Part shown: piece by piece, positions 39,318 to 48,355 of the stretch
Layout of the letters: every line of letters begins with the position of its first letter
How positions within the stretch are numbered: the stretch's first letter is position 1
Origin: Patescibacteria group bacterium
GTDB taxonomy: Bacteria > Patescibacteriota > Minisyncoccia > UBA6257 > Colwellbacteraceae
Direction of reading: 5' to 3'
Assembly: GCA_023380475.1 (NCBI GenBank)
Contig: JAMCRD010000006.1
Coordinates: 117,996-181,995, forward strand
Length of the DNA stretch: 64,000 nt
Notes under the pieces: model-generated
Told to the model about the DNA's origin: nothing
Seen by the model: the letters and a program-made list of their open reading frames with translations, nothing else
Database searches by the model: none
Program-made: the position numbers and the translations under genes

Positions 39318-42300
39318 ATGAATAAATCACAGAAAGCGGTAGCCCTTGGCTTAGCTTTGACTACTGGACTTTGGTTGTTCGCAGGTGTGTTTGCTGCGCC
39401 GTTGGCGTCAGCTGCGACATCCGCCGACATCCAGGCTCAGATCAACCAGCTAATGGCCGAGATCCAGACTTTGCAATCACAGCTCGGAACTTCTTCGAGC
39501 AGCTCTTCTTCGTCCTATAACTTCACCCGCAACCTCACAGTGGGTTCGAAGGGAGCGGACGTAGGAGCTTTGCAGCAAATCTTGATCAATGGGGGTTACC
39601 TTACAGCAGTCTCGGCTCCGACGAATTACTTTGGTTCGGCTACCAAGGCAGCCCTTGCCAAATGGCAAGCGGCTAACAAGGTCTCGCCGGCCTCAGGATA
39701 CTTCGGTCCGTTGACTCGTGCAGCTTTAGCTTCGGCTAGTGGCTCTACCACTACTACTGGTGGATCTACTGGTACGACAGTAGTTGTACCTGCAGGCAGT
39801 GGATTGAGCGTCTCAGTGGCTTCGACCAACCCGGCGGCGGCAAATGTCGCTCTTGGTGCGGTCGCAACCCCATTGTTGGCGTTGAACTTCACAGCTGGTT
39901 CGCAGGCGCAGACCGTAACTTCGCTTACACTTCAGCGCTCTGGTCTATCGCAGGACGCTGATCTTCAGAACGTATATCTCTACAGCGGATCTACTAGGAT
40001 CGCAACCGATCAGAGCATTTCCAATGGGAATATAGTGTTCACTAATGCATCAGGCTTGTTCACCGTTGGTGCCGGTCAGATGCAAACCATCACCGTTGAG
40101 GCTGATATCTACAACGGCTCCTCGAGCGCAAGCCATGTTATGGCTTTGTCGGTCCCGGCAGCCTCTGATGTAGTTACTTCCAGCGGTGTCACGGTAAGCG
40201 GTAACTTCCCGGTAAGTGGTAACCAGATGACGTTGGTTAATGTCAGCAACTTAGCTACCTTAACCTTCACAGCCGTTAACCCGGGAGCCAGCTCGACGAT
40301 AAACGCCGGTCAGAAAAATAACTTGATCGGTCAGTTTACTTTGCTCGCTGGCAACAACCCGGTTAAGGTTACCAGCGCCCGTTTCACGATGACGGGCAGC
40401 GAACCCACTCAGGATATCCAGAACATATACCTGATGAACGGTTCAGCGCAGGTTGGCGCCAAGCTTTCGAGCTTGAACGGCAATGTTGCGCAGTTTGATC
40501 TTTCGGCTGCCCCATTGATGTTGGCAGCTGGCCAGACAGCGACCTTGTCGCTGTACGCTGATGTTACGGGCGGTGTCGGAGATTACTTCGAATTCACTGT
40601 CCAGCAGGCGTCTGATATTCAGGCGGTTGACAACATGTACAATGTTGGCATTGGCGCTCAGTTAACTGGCGGTGGGGCGTTTAGCGCCCAGAACCTCGCT
40701 TACATCAACGTGGCGGCAGGCGGCCTAGTGGTAACGGCTGCTCCGCAGTCGTCGATGTACGTGGTTACGAATAACACCAACGCGGTGTTGGGTCAGTTCA
40801 GTGTATTGGCTTCGGGTGACAGCATCCGCTTGCAAACACTGAGCATTGCCTTGAGCAATGCTTCCGACACGAACGTTTCCGTCTTAATCAACGGAACGCA
40901 GTTGGGTACGACTCAGACGGCGATTGCGACTTCTGCGTCGACGACAATATCTTCCAACCTGAACTACATCATTCCGGCTAACACGACCCAGACTCTAACG
41001 ATTCAGGGTACTGTGGCTTCCGGAAGCAGTGTCCAGGCGACGGTATACATGACGGGTCAGGCGCAAGCTAACTACGCCGGCGTGTCTGGTTACCAGACGG
41101 CTCCGAGCTTGACCATATTGTCTAGCACGTCCAACTTGACGGTTTACCAGAACGGTGCGTTCGGTACTCCAGTCTTGACGGCTGGCAGCAACAACCAACT
41201 TGCATCCTTCACCCTCCAGAGTGGCCAGGTTAACCCGGTCATTCTAAGCGGTGTGACGGTTGCGATTCCTTCCGGCTTATCGGCTGGTGAGTTGTCTAAC
41301 CTGTACGTGAACGTGAACGGTACGCAGTTTGGGATGACCCAAGGTGGAGTCACTTCTCCAAACTCCTACACCTTCAACTCGGCGAGCCCGATTACTATAA
41401 ACGCCAACTCGTCTGCTGAAGTGGATGTTTACGCCACAGTCAACAGCTCGGCTAGTCAGTCTACGCCTGGCTATCTTGCTACTCTAAGCAGCGTGAATGC
41501 GACGGCGGCTAATAACGCTATCACTATCACGTCGACTAACGGCCAGAATGTGACCATCTCGCAGGGCCAGACGTTGGCAAGCATTGCGCTTAACACCAAC
41601 TCTCCGGCGACAAGCACGATGGGCATGGGTACAAGCCAGAATACTCTGGCTATCTACCAGTTGAATGGTTCGGCTAATGGTCCGACAACTGTTACACAGT
41701 TGACGGTCATGGATGCTTCAACCACGAATTCAACTACCACGGCTAACGGCAGCTTGACTGCCTTCAACACCTTCAGCTTGGTGTACAACGGCAACTCGTT
41801 GAACGTTCAGCCTTCGTTGCAGTCCAGCGGCTCAGCCACTGGTACGGCGACATTCGTGTTTAGCTCGCCGATCGTTGTCCCGCAAAACGGTTACGCAACG
41901 GTCAGCTTGGTAGGCAATGCCGCCAACTACAACACTTCTACTTCGTCCGAGGGGACCACGCATTACTTTGATGTCGTCTCGTACGTTGTTCAGAAGTCTA
42001 GCGGCGCTAGCACGCAGCAGACTGGAGTCTCGGCTTACGGTAACGGGATAACCCTGTACCGCACGATGCCTTCAGCTATCAGCGCAGCTTCCGTACCGGC
42101 CGTTTCGTCGGCCAGCGGCGTCGGCAACATTCTCGCTGAGTTCAATACTGGAGCTCAGGCTGGTGGTGATGTCTACATAGAAGGCTTGGTCTTGGCTCAG
42201 AGCGGCTCAGTCGTTAATGCCACAGGGACAGAGATATCTTTCCAGGCTTACGACACAGCCAATTCTTCGGCCAGTCTCGGAACGTTTAACCTCGGCAGCA

Positions 42301-42602
42301 CCAGTGCTACATCCACGGCTACAACCACGGTGTACCTGGGTACCCTGAACGGAGGTAGCGGTCCGACTTCTACTACAACAACCGCCGGTTGGGATATTCC
42401 TGCCAACTCGACACACACCATAGCCTTTAAGGTTACGAGCGTGCCGGGCGCAACGAAGTCTCAGACCAACAGCAATGGTACATACCAGATCACAGTTAGT
42501 GGTGTGATATGGGGCGATGGTACGACAGGCAACTTAACCACTTTGCCTTCGACCATTACCTTGCCAGTTGCTGGAACGTTGTTGACCAACTTGTCTAACT
42601 AG
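39318..42602 (+). CDS. Large secreted repetitive surface protein with N-terminal peptidoglycan-binding domain
   Basis: Signal peptide (MNKSQKAVALGLALTTGLWLFAGVFAAPLASA), coiled segment, poly-Ser tract. PG_binding_1-like block (GSKGADVGALQQILINGGYL...KWQAANKVSPASGYFGPLTRAALA). This is followed by ~900 aa of Thr/Ser/Gly/Asn/Gln-rich beta-type repeats. Confidence 0.75.
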   Translation: MNKSQKAVALGLALTTGLWLFAGVFAAPLASAATSADIQAQINQLMAEIQTLQSQLGTSSSSSSSSYNFTRNLTVGSKGADVGALQQILINGGYLTAVSAPTNYFGSATKAALAKWQAANKVSPASGYFGPLTRAALASASGSTTTTGGSTGTTVVVPAGSGLSVSVASTNPAAANVALGAVATPLLALNFTAGSQAQTVTSLTLQRSGLSQDADLQNVYLYSGSTRIATDQSISNGNIVFTNASGLFTVGAGQMQTITVEADIYNGSSSASHVMALSVPAASDVVTSSGVTVSGNFPVSGNQMTLVNVSNLATLTFTAVNPGASSTINAGQKNNLIGQFTLLAGNNPVKVTSARFTMTGSEPTQDIQNIYLMNGSAQVGAKLSSLNGNVAQFDLSAAPLMLAAGQTATLSLYADVTGGVGDYFEFTVQQASDIQAVDNMYNVGIGAQLTGGGAFSAQNLAYINVAAGGLVVTAAPQSSMYVVTNNTNAVLGQFSVLASGDSIRLQTLSIALSNASDTNVSVLINGTQLGTTQTAIATSASTTISSNLNYIIPANTTQTLTIQGTVASGSSVQATVYMTGQAQANYAGVSGYQTAPSLTILSSTSNLTVYQNGAFGTPVLTAGSNNQLASFTLQSGQVNPVILSGVTVAIPSGLSAGELSNLYVNVNGTQFGMTQGGVTSPNSYTFNSASPITINANSSAEVDVYATVNSSASQSTPGYLATLSSVNATAANNAITITSTNGQNVTISQGQTLASIALNTNSPATSTMGMGTSQNTLAIYQLNGSANGPTTVTQLTVMDASTTNSTTTANGSLTAFNTFSLVYNGNSLNVQPSLQSSGSATGTATFVFSSPIVVPQNGYATVSLVGNAANYNTSTSSEGTTHYFDVVSYVVQKSSGASTQQTGVSAYGNGITLYRTMPSAISAASVPAVSSASGVGNILAEFNTGAQAGGDVYIEGLVLAQSGSVVNATGTEISFQAYDTANSSASLGTFNLGSTSATSTATTTVYLGTLNGGSGPTSTTTTAGWDIPANSTHTIAFKVTSVPGATKSQTNSNGTYQITVSGVIWGDGTTGNLTTLPSTITLPVAGTLLTNLSN
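39900..42560 (+). repeat. Degenerate tandem protein-coding repeats (~100-aa period) inside the surface-protein gene
   Basis: Recurring blocks such as QFTLLAGNNPVKVTSARFTMTG / QFSVLASGDSIRLQTLSIALSN / SFTLQSGQVNPVILSGVTVAIPSG. Confidence 0.5.
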
Positions 42603-42640
42603 TAGGCAAACTGGTTGAATCGTTTCCTCCTAGCGTATAA

Positions 42641-42692
42641 GGAGACCACAAACCGCCCGAAAGGGCGGTTTGTGGTCTCCGGATGGTTTGTT
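42641..42692 (+). terminator. Rho-independent terminator (18-bp perfect stem, GAAA loop, U-rich tail)
   Basis: GGAGACCACAAACCGCCC-GAAA-GGGCGGUUUGUGGUCUCC followed by GGAUGGUUUGUUU. Confidence 0.85.
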
Positions 42693-42716
42693 TAGGATAA
42701 GCAGCCATTATATAAT
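42688..42716 (+). promoter_or_regulatory. Sigma70-like promoter TTGTTT-17-TATAAT ending 6 nt before the ATG at 42723 (leaderless-type)
   Basis: ttgtttaggataagcagccattaTATAATcagctcATG. Confidence 0.45.
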
Positions 42717-42722
42717 CAGCTC

Positions 42723-43586
42723 ATGAAAGAAAGTAAAAATTTGGATCAAAATATAGAGGAAGGAAACAAATCGGAAATTGAAGTAGTGGACGTGCTGGTG
42801 GAGGAACAGGCAAAACCGAATTCTTCGGCTAGGACAAATAAGTTCTTGGCGATAAGTATCCTAGTGGCAGCTTTACTGATCTGTGGAACCTTGCTTTACG
42901 TTTTCAATCCTATGAGATCCAACAGCAATGTGACTGGGCAGCCTACTTCTGCGGCGGCCACGGCTAGTACAACCACCATAACTATTCCTAACTTTGCGAC
43001 GAGCTTGCCGTATCCGCAGACCAGGGAGGGCAACGAAGTGGTTTTAGGCAACCCAAAGGCACCGGTGCAAATAGTGGAATACGGAGATTACCAATGCACG
43101 TTCTGCAATCTATACTTTAACCAGACCGAGCCCCTTATAAGGCAGGACTATGTTGCCTCAGGTAAAGTTAGCGAAGTGTTCAAAAATCTTGTGGTTATAG
43201 ATAACTTTGTCCCGGGCGGGCACGAATCGGCCGACGCTGCCCTGGCTGCGAGTTGCGCCATGGACCAGAATAAGTTTTGGGAATACCACGATGCCATTTA
43301 TACATTCAAAACCGCTAACCCTGGAGAAAACGCCGGCGACCTTACCAGGGACATCTTTACCCAGATAGCGACAAAGTTGGGGATGAACGTGGGTCAGTTC
43401 ACGAGTTGTTTCGATTCGAAGAAATACAGCAGCCTTATCGCCAGCGATATGAAAGAAGCCACCTCGCTTTTCTCCCAAGTGGCCACCCCGAGCTTCGTGA
43501 TAAACGGTCAGACGGTGCAGGGAGCGGAGCCTTTCAGCACTTTCCAGACGATAATAGACGCGGTGCTTAAAAAAGCCGGCCAATAA
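42723..43586 (+). CDS. DsbA-family thiol:disulfide oxidoreductase, membrane-anchored/secreted
   Basis: N-terminal TM anchor; thioredoxin-fold CxxC (YGDYQCTFCNLYF); DsbA-like helical insertion. Confidence 0.75.
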   Translation: MKESKNLDQNIEEGNKSEIEVVDVLVEEQAKPNSSARTNKFLAISILVAALLICGTLLYVFNPMRSNSNVTGQPTSAAATASTTTITIPNFATSLPYPQTREGNEVVLGNPKAPVQIVEYGDYQCTFCNLYFNQTEPLIRQDYVASGKVSEVFKNLVVIDNFVPGGHESADAALAASCAMDQNKFWEYHDAIYTFKTANPGENAGDLTRDIFTQIATKLGMNVGQFTSCFDSKKYSSLIASDMKEATSLFSQVATPSFVINGQTVQGAEPFSTFQTIIDAVLKKAGQ

Positions 43587-43596
43587 ATCCAGTTTC

Positions 43597-43776
43597 ATGA
43601 AGTGGGTCGTCAGGGTAGTTTTTGTGATAGGAGTTTGGACGATGCTGTCTCCTTGGTTGGTGCCGTTTTTGGGGATAAGTCAGACATGGAACGGTGTATT
43701 CTCGGGGGCGATCGTCATAATATGCGGTTTGTGGTGGTTAGCTGACAAGAATTTACAGGCCGAAACTAAGTTATAA
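43597..43776 (+). CDS. Small two-TM membrane protein with SPW motif (SPW-repeat family-like); 59 aa, below the ORF-track cutoff
   Basis: ATG 43597 ... TAA 43776; MKWVVRVVFVIGVWTMLSPWLVPFLG...; my own translation. Confidence 0.35.
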   Translation: MKWVVRVVFVIGVWTMLSPWLVPFLGISQTWNGVFSGAIVIICGLWWLADKNLQAETKL

Positions 43777-43834
43777 GTGATTACTTATATATCCCTCTTG
43801 ACTTGCTAGGGGTCGGCGGGCTATTTTTATAGCA

Positions 43835-44065
43835 ATGGTAAAAATATATTCAACGCCCACTTGCGTTTACTGCAAGATGGCCAAAGAGTTCTTCAATAAA
43901 TATCACATACCGTACATCGACGTCGATGTGACCAAGGACGACCGGCTGGTTGAGGAAATGGTCCAAAAATCGCACCAGATGGGCGTGCCGGTAATAGATA
44001 TTGATGGCGAAATCTTCGTGGGTTTCGACCGTAGCGGGATAGCTGCGAAGCTGGGCATAAAATAG
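43835..44065 (+). CDS. NrdH/glutaredoxin-like small redoxin
   Basis: 76 aa, MVKIYSTPTCVYCKMAKEF... CxxC thioredoxin-fold glutaredoxin. Confidence 0.8.
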   Translation: MVKIYSTPTCVYCKMAKEFFNKYHIPYIDVDVTKDDRLVEEMVQKSHQMGVPVIDIDGEIFVGFDRSGIAAKLGIK

Positions 44066-44124
44066 TAACGGCAGTTGACCAAAGCAAGCACTCCTTCAAT
44101 AGGAGCGCTTGCGGTTAAAGGGAT

Positions 44125-44130
44125 ATAATA
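44125..44130 (+). promoter_or_regulatory. -10 box TATAAT 5 nt upstream of the ATG at 44136
   Basis: gggaTATAATaagacgATG. Confidence 0.3.
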
Positions 44131-44135
44131 AGACG

Positions 44136-45059
44136 ATGAACTATGAATTGGTTATTGTGGGCGGCGGTCCGGCCGGAGTGGCGGCTGGGGTTTACGCCGA
44201 GCGCAAGAAAATAAGGACGTTGCTGGTCGCCGAGTCGTTCGGTGGACAGTCGATCGTCTCCGGAGAGATAAGAAATTGGATCGGAACCAAGTCGATATCC
44301 GGTTTAGAGTTGGCTAAAGCGCTTGAAGAGCACCTCAAAGCTCACCAGGATATAGATATTCTGGAAGGCGAGCGCGTTGCCAAGATTTCCAGAGCCGATG
44401 GCGGATTTCAAATTGAGACTTCCGGCGGCAAAGTTTTCGGGGCCAAGACCATAATGATGGCAAGCGGTAGCCGCCGCCGACGCTTAGCTATTCCGGGCGA
44501 GGATAAGTTTGATGGCCACGGCGTTTCGTACTGTTCGATTTGTGACGCCCCGCTTTTCAAAAATAAGAATGTGGCCGTGGTGGGCGGAGGCAACTCAGCT
44601 TTGGAAGCGGTGGTTGATTTGTTGCCGTATGCCAGCAACATTTATTTGTTGCAGCACAGCGCTGCACTGAAGGGCGATCAGGTGACACAGGATAGGATAG
44701 CGAAGGAACCGAAAGTTAAAACCTGCCTTAATGCCGAAACAAAAGAAATTGTCGGCGACGATATGGTCAAAAGTCTCAAGTATCAGGACAATGTTACCAA
44801 GGAGATTAAGGAACTAGCGGTGGACGGCGTTTTTGTGGAGATAGGCATAGTCCCCAATTCGGAATTAGTTAAAGACCTAGTGCAGCTTAATCCATTGGGC
44901 GAGATTGTGGTTGACCAAAAGACTCAGCAGTCTTCGCTGGAGGGCATTTGGGCAGCCGGGGATGTAGGCGACGCGCTATATAAGCAGAACAATATATCCG
45001 CGGGCGACGCCATTAAGGCTATACTTAGCATCTACACCTATCTGAACAAGTCTAAATAG
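44136..45059 (+). CDS. trxB: Thioredoxin-disulfide reductase
   Basis: VIVGGGPAG FAD motif, redox-active CSICD, second Rossmann VAVVGGGNSALE. The track ORF starts at TTG 44109, but ATG 44136 gives the canonical M-x-Y-[ED]-hhIhGGGPAG N-terminus. Confidence 0.85.
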   Translation: MNYELVIVGGGPAGVAAGVYAERKKIRTLLVAESFGGQSIVSGEIRNWIGTKSISGLELAKALEEHLKAHQDIDILEGERVAKISRADGGFQIETSGGKVFGAKTIMMASGSRRRRLAIPGEDKFDGHGVSYCSICDAPLFKNKNVAVVGGGNSALEAVVDLLPYASNIYLLQHSAALKGDQVTQDRIAKEPKVKTCLNAETKEIVGDDMVKSLKYQDNVTKEIKELAVDGVFVEIGIVPNSELVKDLVQLNPLGEIVVDQKTQQSSLEGIWAAGDVGDALYKQNNISAGDAIKAILSIYTYLNKSK

Positions 45060-45524
45060 ATGGTGGTGGTATTACATAACATACGCAGCCTGCATAACGT
45101 CGGCTCGATATTCCGCACGGCGGATGCCGCCGGGGTAGAGAAAATATATCTGGGCGGTATAACTCCTACACCGGAAGACAAGTTCGGTCGGCTACGTCCG
45201 CAACTGATCAAAGTCTCCTTGGGGGCGGAAAAGTCCGTTCCTTGGGAAAAAGTTAGCGACACCAGCAAACTGTTGAACAAACTCCAAAAAGAAAAATATA
45301 AGATTGTGGCTGTTGAGCAGGACAAAAATTCTATACCTTACTTTAAGTTCAAGGCGGGCAGATCCCGAATGGCACTGGTTTTGGGCAATGAGATCAGCGG
45401 CCTGCCACAGTCCATATTGAAGATGGCCGATAGAATAGTGGAGATACCGATGCAAGGTAACAAGGAATCACTGAATGTCGCCGTTGCCTTTGGCATTGTG
45501 GCTTTCAGGGTGGCGTACAAATAA
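45060..45524 (+). CDS. SpoU/TrmH-family RNA 2'-O-methyltransferase
   Basis: SPOUT motifs LHNIRSLHNVGSIFRTADAAG ... LVLGNEISGL ... NVAVAFGIV. Confidence 0.8.
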   Translation: MVVVLHNIRSLHNVGSIFRTADAAGVEKIYLGGITPTPEDKFGRLRPQLIKVSLGAEKSVPWEKVSDTSKLLNKLQKEKYKIVAVEQDKNSIPYFKFKAGRSRMALVLGNEISGLPQSILKMADRIVEIPMQGNKESLNVAVAFGIVAFRVAYK

Positions 45525-45528
45525 ATCC

Positions 45529-46032
45529 ATGCACCGCAGAGCCATGACAGCAACAATCCTGACTATAGTTATCCTATTGATCTTGGGAGGGGCGGCCTAT
45601 TATCTATGGACGATAGGACATGCCGGTCATGCCGGAGCCCAGCCTTCCTTGCCCACCGTCAGCGCGGTTATAGGCGGGCAGCAATTTGAGCTGGAGGTGG
45701 CCAGCACCACTGCCGAACAGAATTGGGGGCTGTCGGGACGGATCAGTCTCGGTGGCAACGACGGCATGCTTTTCTTGTTTAGCGTCCCCGGCCCGCGTTT
45801 CTTCTGGATGAAAGACATGAATTTTGACATAGATTTGATATGGATCCGCGGTGACAAAGTAATAGGATTTTTGCAGGGATTGCCCACGCCGGCTGCTTTG
45901 CATGCCACCAGCACGATCAATCTGCCGATATATGTGTCGCCTGGGTTGGTGGATAAGGTCATAGAGATAAATTCTGGCGAGATAGCTAAATTGGGTCTGA
46001 AAGTAGGTGATACTATCCGAATAAACATTTGA
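45529..46032 (+). CDS. DUF192 domain protein, membrane-anchored
   Basis: N-terminal TM helix; MKDMNFDIDLIWIRGDKVIG matches the DUF192 core. Start placed at the ATG after the upstream stop, since the track start 45475 overlaps the previous gene. Confidence 0.65.
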   Translation: MHRRAMTATILTIVILLILGGAAYYLWTIGHAGHAGAQPSLPTVSAVIGGQQFELEVASTTAEQNWGLSGRISLGGNDGMLFLFSVPGPRFFWMKDMNFDIDLIWIRGDKVIGFLQGLPTPAALHATSTINLPIYVSPGLVDKVIEINSGEIAKLGLKVGDTIRINI

Positions 46033-46058
46033 GACTTACGTGAGGATGGTCGTATAAT
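46029..46058 (+). promoter_or_regulatory. Sigma70-like promoter TTGAGA-18-TATAAT, 8 nt upstream of the gap ATG
   Basis: TTGAGActtacgtgaggatggtcgTATAATttattgaaATG. Confidence 0.45.
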
Positions 46059-46066
46059 TTATTGAA

Positions 46067-47086
46067 ATGGCAAAAATAGCAATAAATGGTTTCGGTAGAA
46101 TAGGTCGCTTGTTCTTCAAGCAGGCTTTTGGCCAGCCTGGCTTGGACATAGTGGCGGTCAACGATCTAGGTGACGTCGAGAATCTGGCTTATCTCCTGAA
46201 GTACGACACGGTTTATGGGAAGTATGACAAGAGCGTTGCAACTCAGGCCGGAAAACTTATCGTCGACGGGAAGGAGATAGCGTTTTTGCAGATTAAGGAT
46301 CCGACTCAATTGCCATGGAAGGCCATGGGTGTAGACGTCGTCGTGGAATCAACCGGCATTTTCGAGGAATACGAAAAGGCAAAAGTTCACTTGCAGGCTG
46401 GAGCTAAGCGAGTTGTTATCACGGCGCCGGCCAAGGATCCGGATGGCACCGAAGGCAAGACAGTCCTAATGGGAGTAAACGAAGACGAAGCCAAAGGCGT
46501 GGTTATAACTTCCAACGGTTCATGCACCACCAACGCTTCATCGCCGGTTATCCAGATAATGTCGGAGAATCCGGGAATAGTTAAAGCGATACTTAATACG
46601 GTTCACGGCTATACCGCGACGCAGTCGATAGTTGACGGCCCGGTAAGGGGCGGCCACGATATGCGCCGTGGCCGCGCTGCGGCGCAGAACATAGTTCCCT
46701 CAACGACCGGAGCGGCGATAGCTGTCACTAGAGCTATCAAGGATCTGGTTGGGAAGTTCGATGGTATGGCTATGCGGGTACCGGTCGTATCTGGTTCCAT
46801 CGCTGATATTACTTTCATAGCAAAACGTAAAACTTCAGTTGAAGAGATAAATAACATATTCAAAGCTGCGGCCGAGTCGCCGCGGTGGAAGGGTATCTTA
46901 GGGGTGACTGAGGACCAGGTGGTCTCATCCGACATCTTAGGTGAACCCTACGGTGCTATCGTCGACCTCGGGTTTACGAAGGTAGTCGACGGCGATATGG
47001 TCAAAGTGCTTTCCTGGTACGATAACGAGGCCGGTTATGTGAGTACTTTGGTCAAGCACGTTCAAAGAGTGGCGCAACTTGTATAA
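46067..47086 (+). CDS. gap: Glyceraldehyde-3-phosphate dehydrogenase
   Basis: INGFGRIGR NAD-binding N-terminus, active-site SCTTN, full-length conservation. Confidence 0.95.
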   Translation: MAKIAINGFGRIGRLFFKQAFGQPGLDIVAVNDLGDVENLAYLLKYDTVYGKYDKSVATQAGKLIVDGKEIAFLQIKDPTQLPWKAMGVDVVVESTGIFEEYEKAKVHLQAGAKRVVITAPAKDPDGTEGKTVLMGVNEDEAKGVVITSNGSCTTNASSPVIQIMSENPGIVKAILNTVHGYTATQSIVDGPVRGGHDMRRGRAAAQNIVPSTTGAAIAVTRAIKDLVGKFDGMAMRVPVVSGSIADITFIAKRKTSVEEINNIFKAAAESPRWKGILGVTEDQVVSSDILGEPYGAIVDLGFTKVVDGDMVKVLSWYDNEAGYVSTLVKHVQRVAQLV

Positions 47087-47883
47087 TGACCGAAAAAGAT
47101 GGTTCATCTCCCAGACTTATCCCGATCGGATCATTGTTGCGCCGAAGCTGGCACAGATACAATCGGCAATTTGATACATTAATCTGGATACCGGTCCTGC
47201 CATCGCTGGCTGTAGCCCTAGCTTCCTATCTAGGCTTATTCAGCGGCGGGCTGGCGGGGACCTTGGCCATCGGGGTTAACATCATCGGTTTTGTACTATC
47301 GCTCTTGGCGGCGCTGGCACTTACTTACGCTGCCCAGAACGATAAACAGTTCGGCGAGAGTTATTGGTATGCGTTGGGTAACTTGCTGCCGTATTTCTGG
47401 GTGTATGTGCTGTCGCTGGCATTGATGAGCGGTGGCCTATTTCTTTTGATCATCCCTGCAGCCGTTTTGGCGGTCTGGCTGGCGTTTACGGAATACGTGT
47501 TCGTGGTGGAAGGCGCTCGCGGCCTGAGTGCTCTGCTTAAATCTAAGGAGTACGTCCGTGGTCGCTTTTGGCCGGTTGTCCTTAGACTGCTGGCGGCACT
47601 GCTGATTGGAATGATCGTATCCTTGGTGGCTGATGCCATCGGGCGCCTTGGCGGGCCGTCGGGATTGATAGCGGCCAACCTGCTGATCGGGATATTGCTG
47701 CCGCCGTTTCTGGTGATATATATGCTGGAGATATATGGGGACCTACGGCAGCTCCGCCCAGAAGTGGCCGGCACCGAGGTCCGGCGCAGCCGGGGGTGGT
47801 TCGTGGGAACCGCGATCTGGGGAGTGGCAGCTGCAGCTTTGTTTATCCTGATTGTGGCTTCGGGCTATCTGGGGCGGTTATAA
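47086..47883 (+). CDS. Hypothetical polytopic membrane protein
   Basis: 265 aa, ~6 TM helices, no recognisable catalytic motifs. Confidence 0.4.
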   Translation: MTEKDGSSPRLIPIGSLLRRSWHRYNRQFDTLIWIPVLPSLAVALASYLGLFSGGLAGTLAIGVNIIGFVLSLLAALALTYAAQNDKQFGESYWYALGNLLPYFWVYVLSLALMSGGLFLLIIPAAVLAVWLAFTEYVFVVEGARGLSALLKSKEYVRGRFWPVVLRLLAALLIGMIVSLVADAIGRLGGPSGLIAANLLIGILLPPFLVIYMLEIYGDLRQLRPEVAGTEVRRSRGWFVGTAIWGVAAAALFILIVASGYLGRL

Positions 47884-47893
47884 TAAGGAATCC

Positions 47894-48355
47894 ATGATCA
47901 TATATATAGGTGCGGATCATCGCGGCTTTCAATTGAAAGAAGCCATAAAAGAGTATGTTAAGAATCTGGGCTATCAGGTTTCTGATTTGGGCAATTCTGC
48001 CTACGACGAGAACGACGACTATCCTGGCTTTTCAGCGGCGGTGGCTGAGAAGGTCAGCGCCGATCCGACCGGTAGCCGAGGCATAGTTATTTGTGGTTCG
48101 GGCGTAGGGGTGGATGTGGTAGCCAACAAATTCAGGGGGGTAAGATCGGCTTTGGCTTTTTCTACCGACCAAGCGGGTGCCTCGCGAGCGGATGACGATA
48201 CCAACGTCTTAGCTCTGCCGGCCGACTTCTTGGATTTGGATACGTCTAAAAAAATTGTGAGCATTTGGTTGCAGACCCCCATATCCACCGATCCCCGCTA
48301 TAAACGCCGCTTGGAGGAGGTAAGGGCATTGGAACAAAAATTAAAGAACCAATAA
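47894..48355 (+). CDS. rpiB: Ribose-5-phosphate isomerase B
   Basis: MIIYIGADHRGFQLKE...GIVICGSGVGVDVVANK RpiB/LacAB family motifs; start at the ATG after the upstream stop. Confidence 0.85.
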   Translation: MIIYIGADHRGFQLKEAIKEYVKNLGYQVSDLGNSAYDENDDYPGFSAAVAEKVSADPTGSRGIVICGSGVGVDVVANKFRGVRSALAFSTDQAGASRADDDTNVLALPADFLDLDTSKKIVSIWLQTPISTDPRYKRRLEEVRALEQKLKNQ

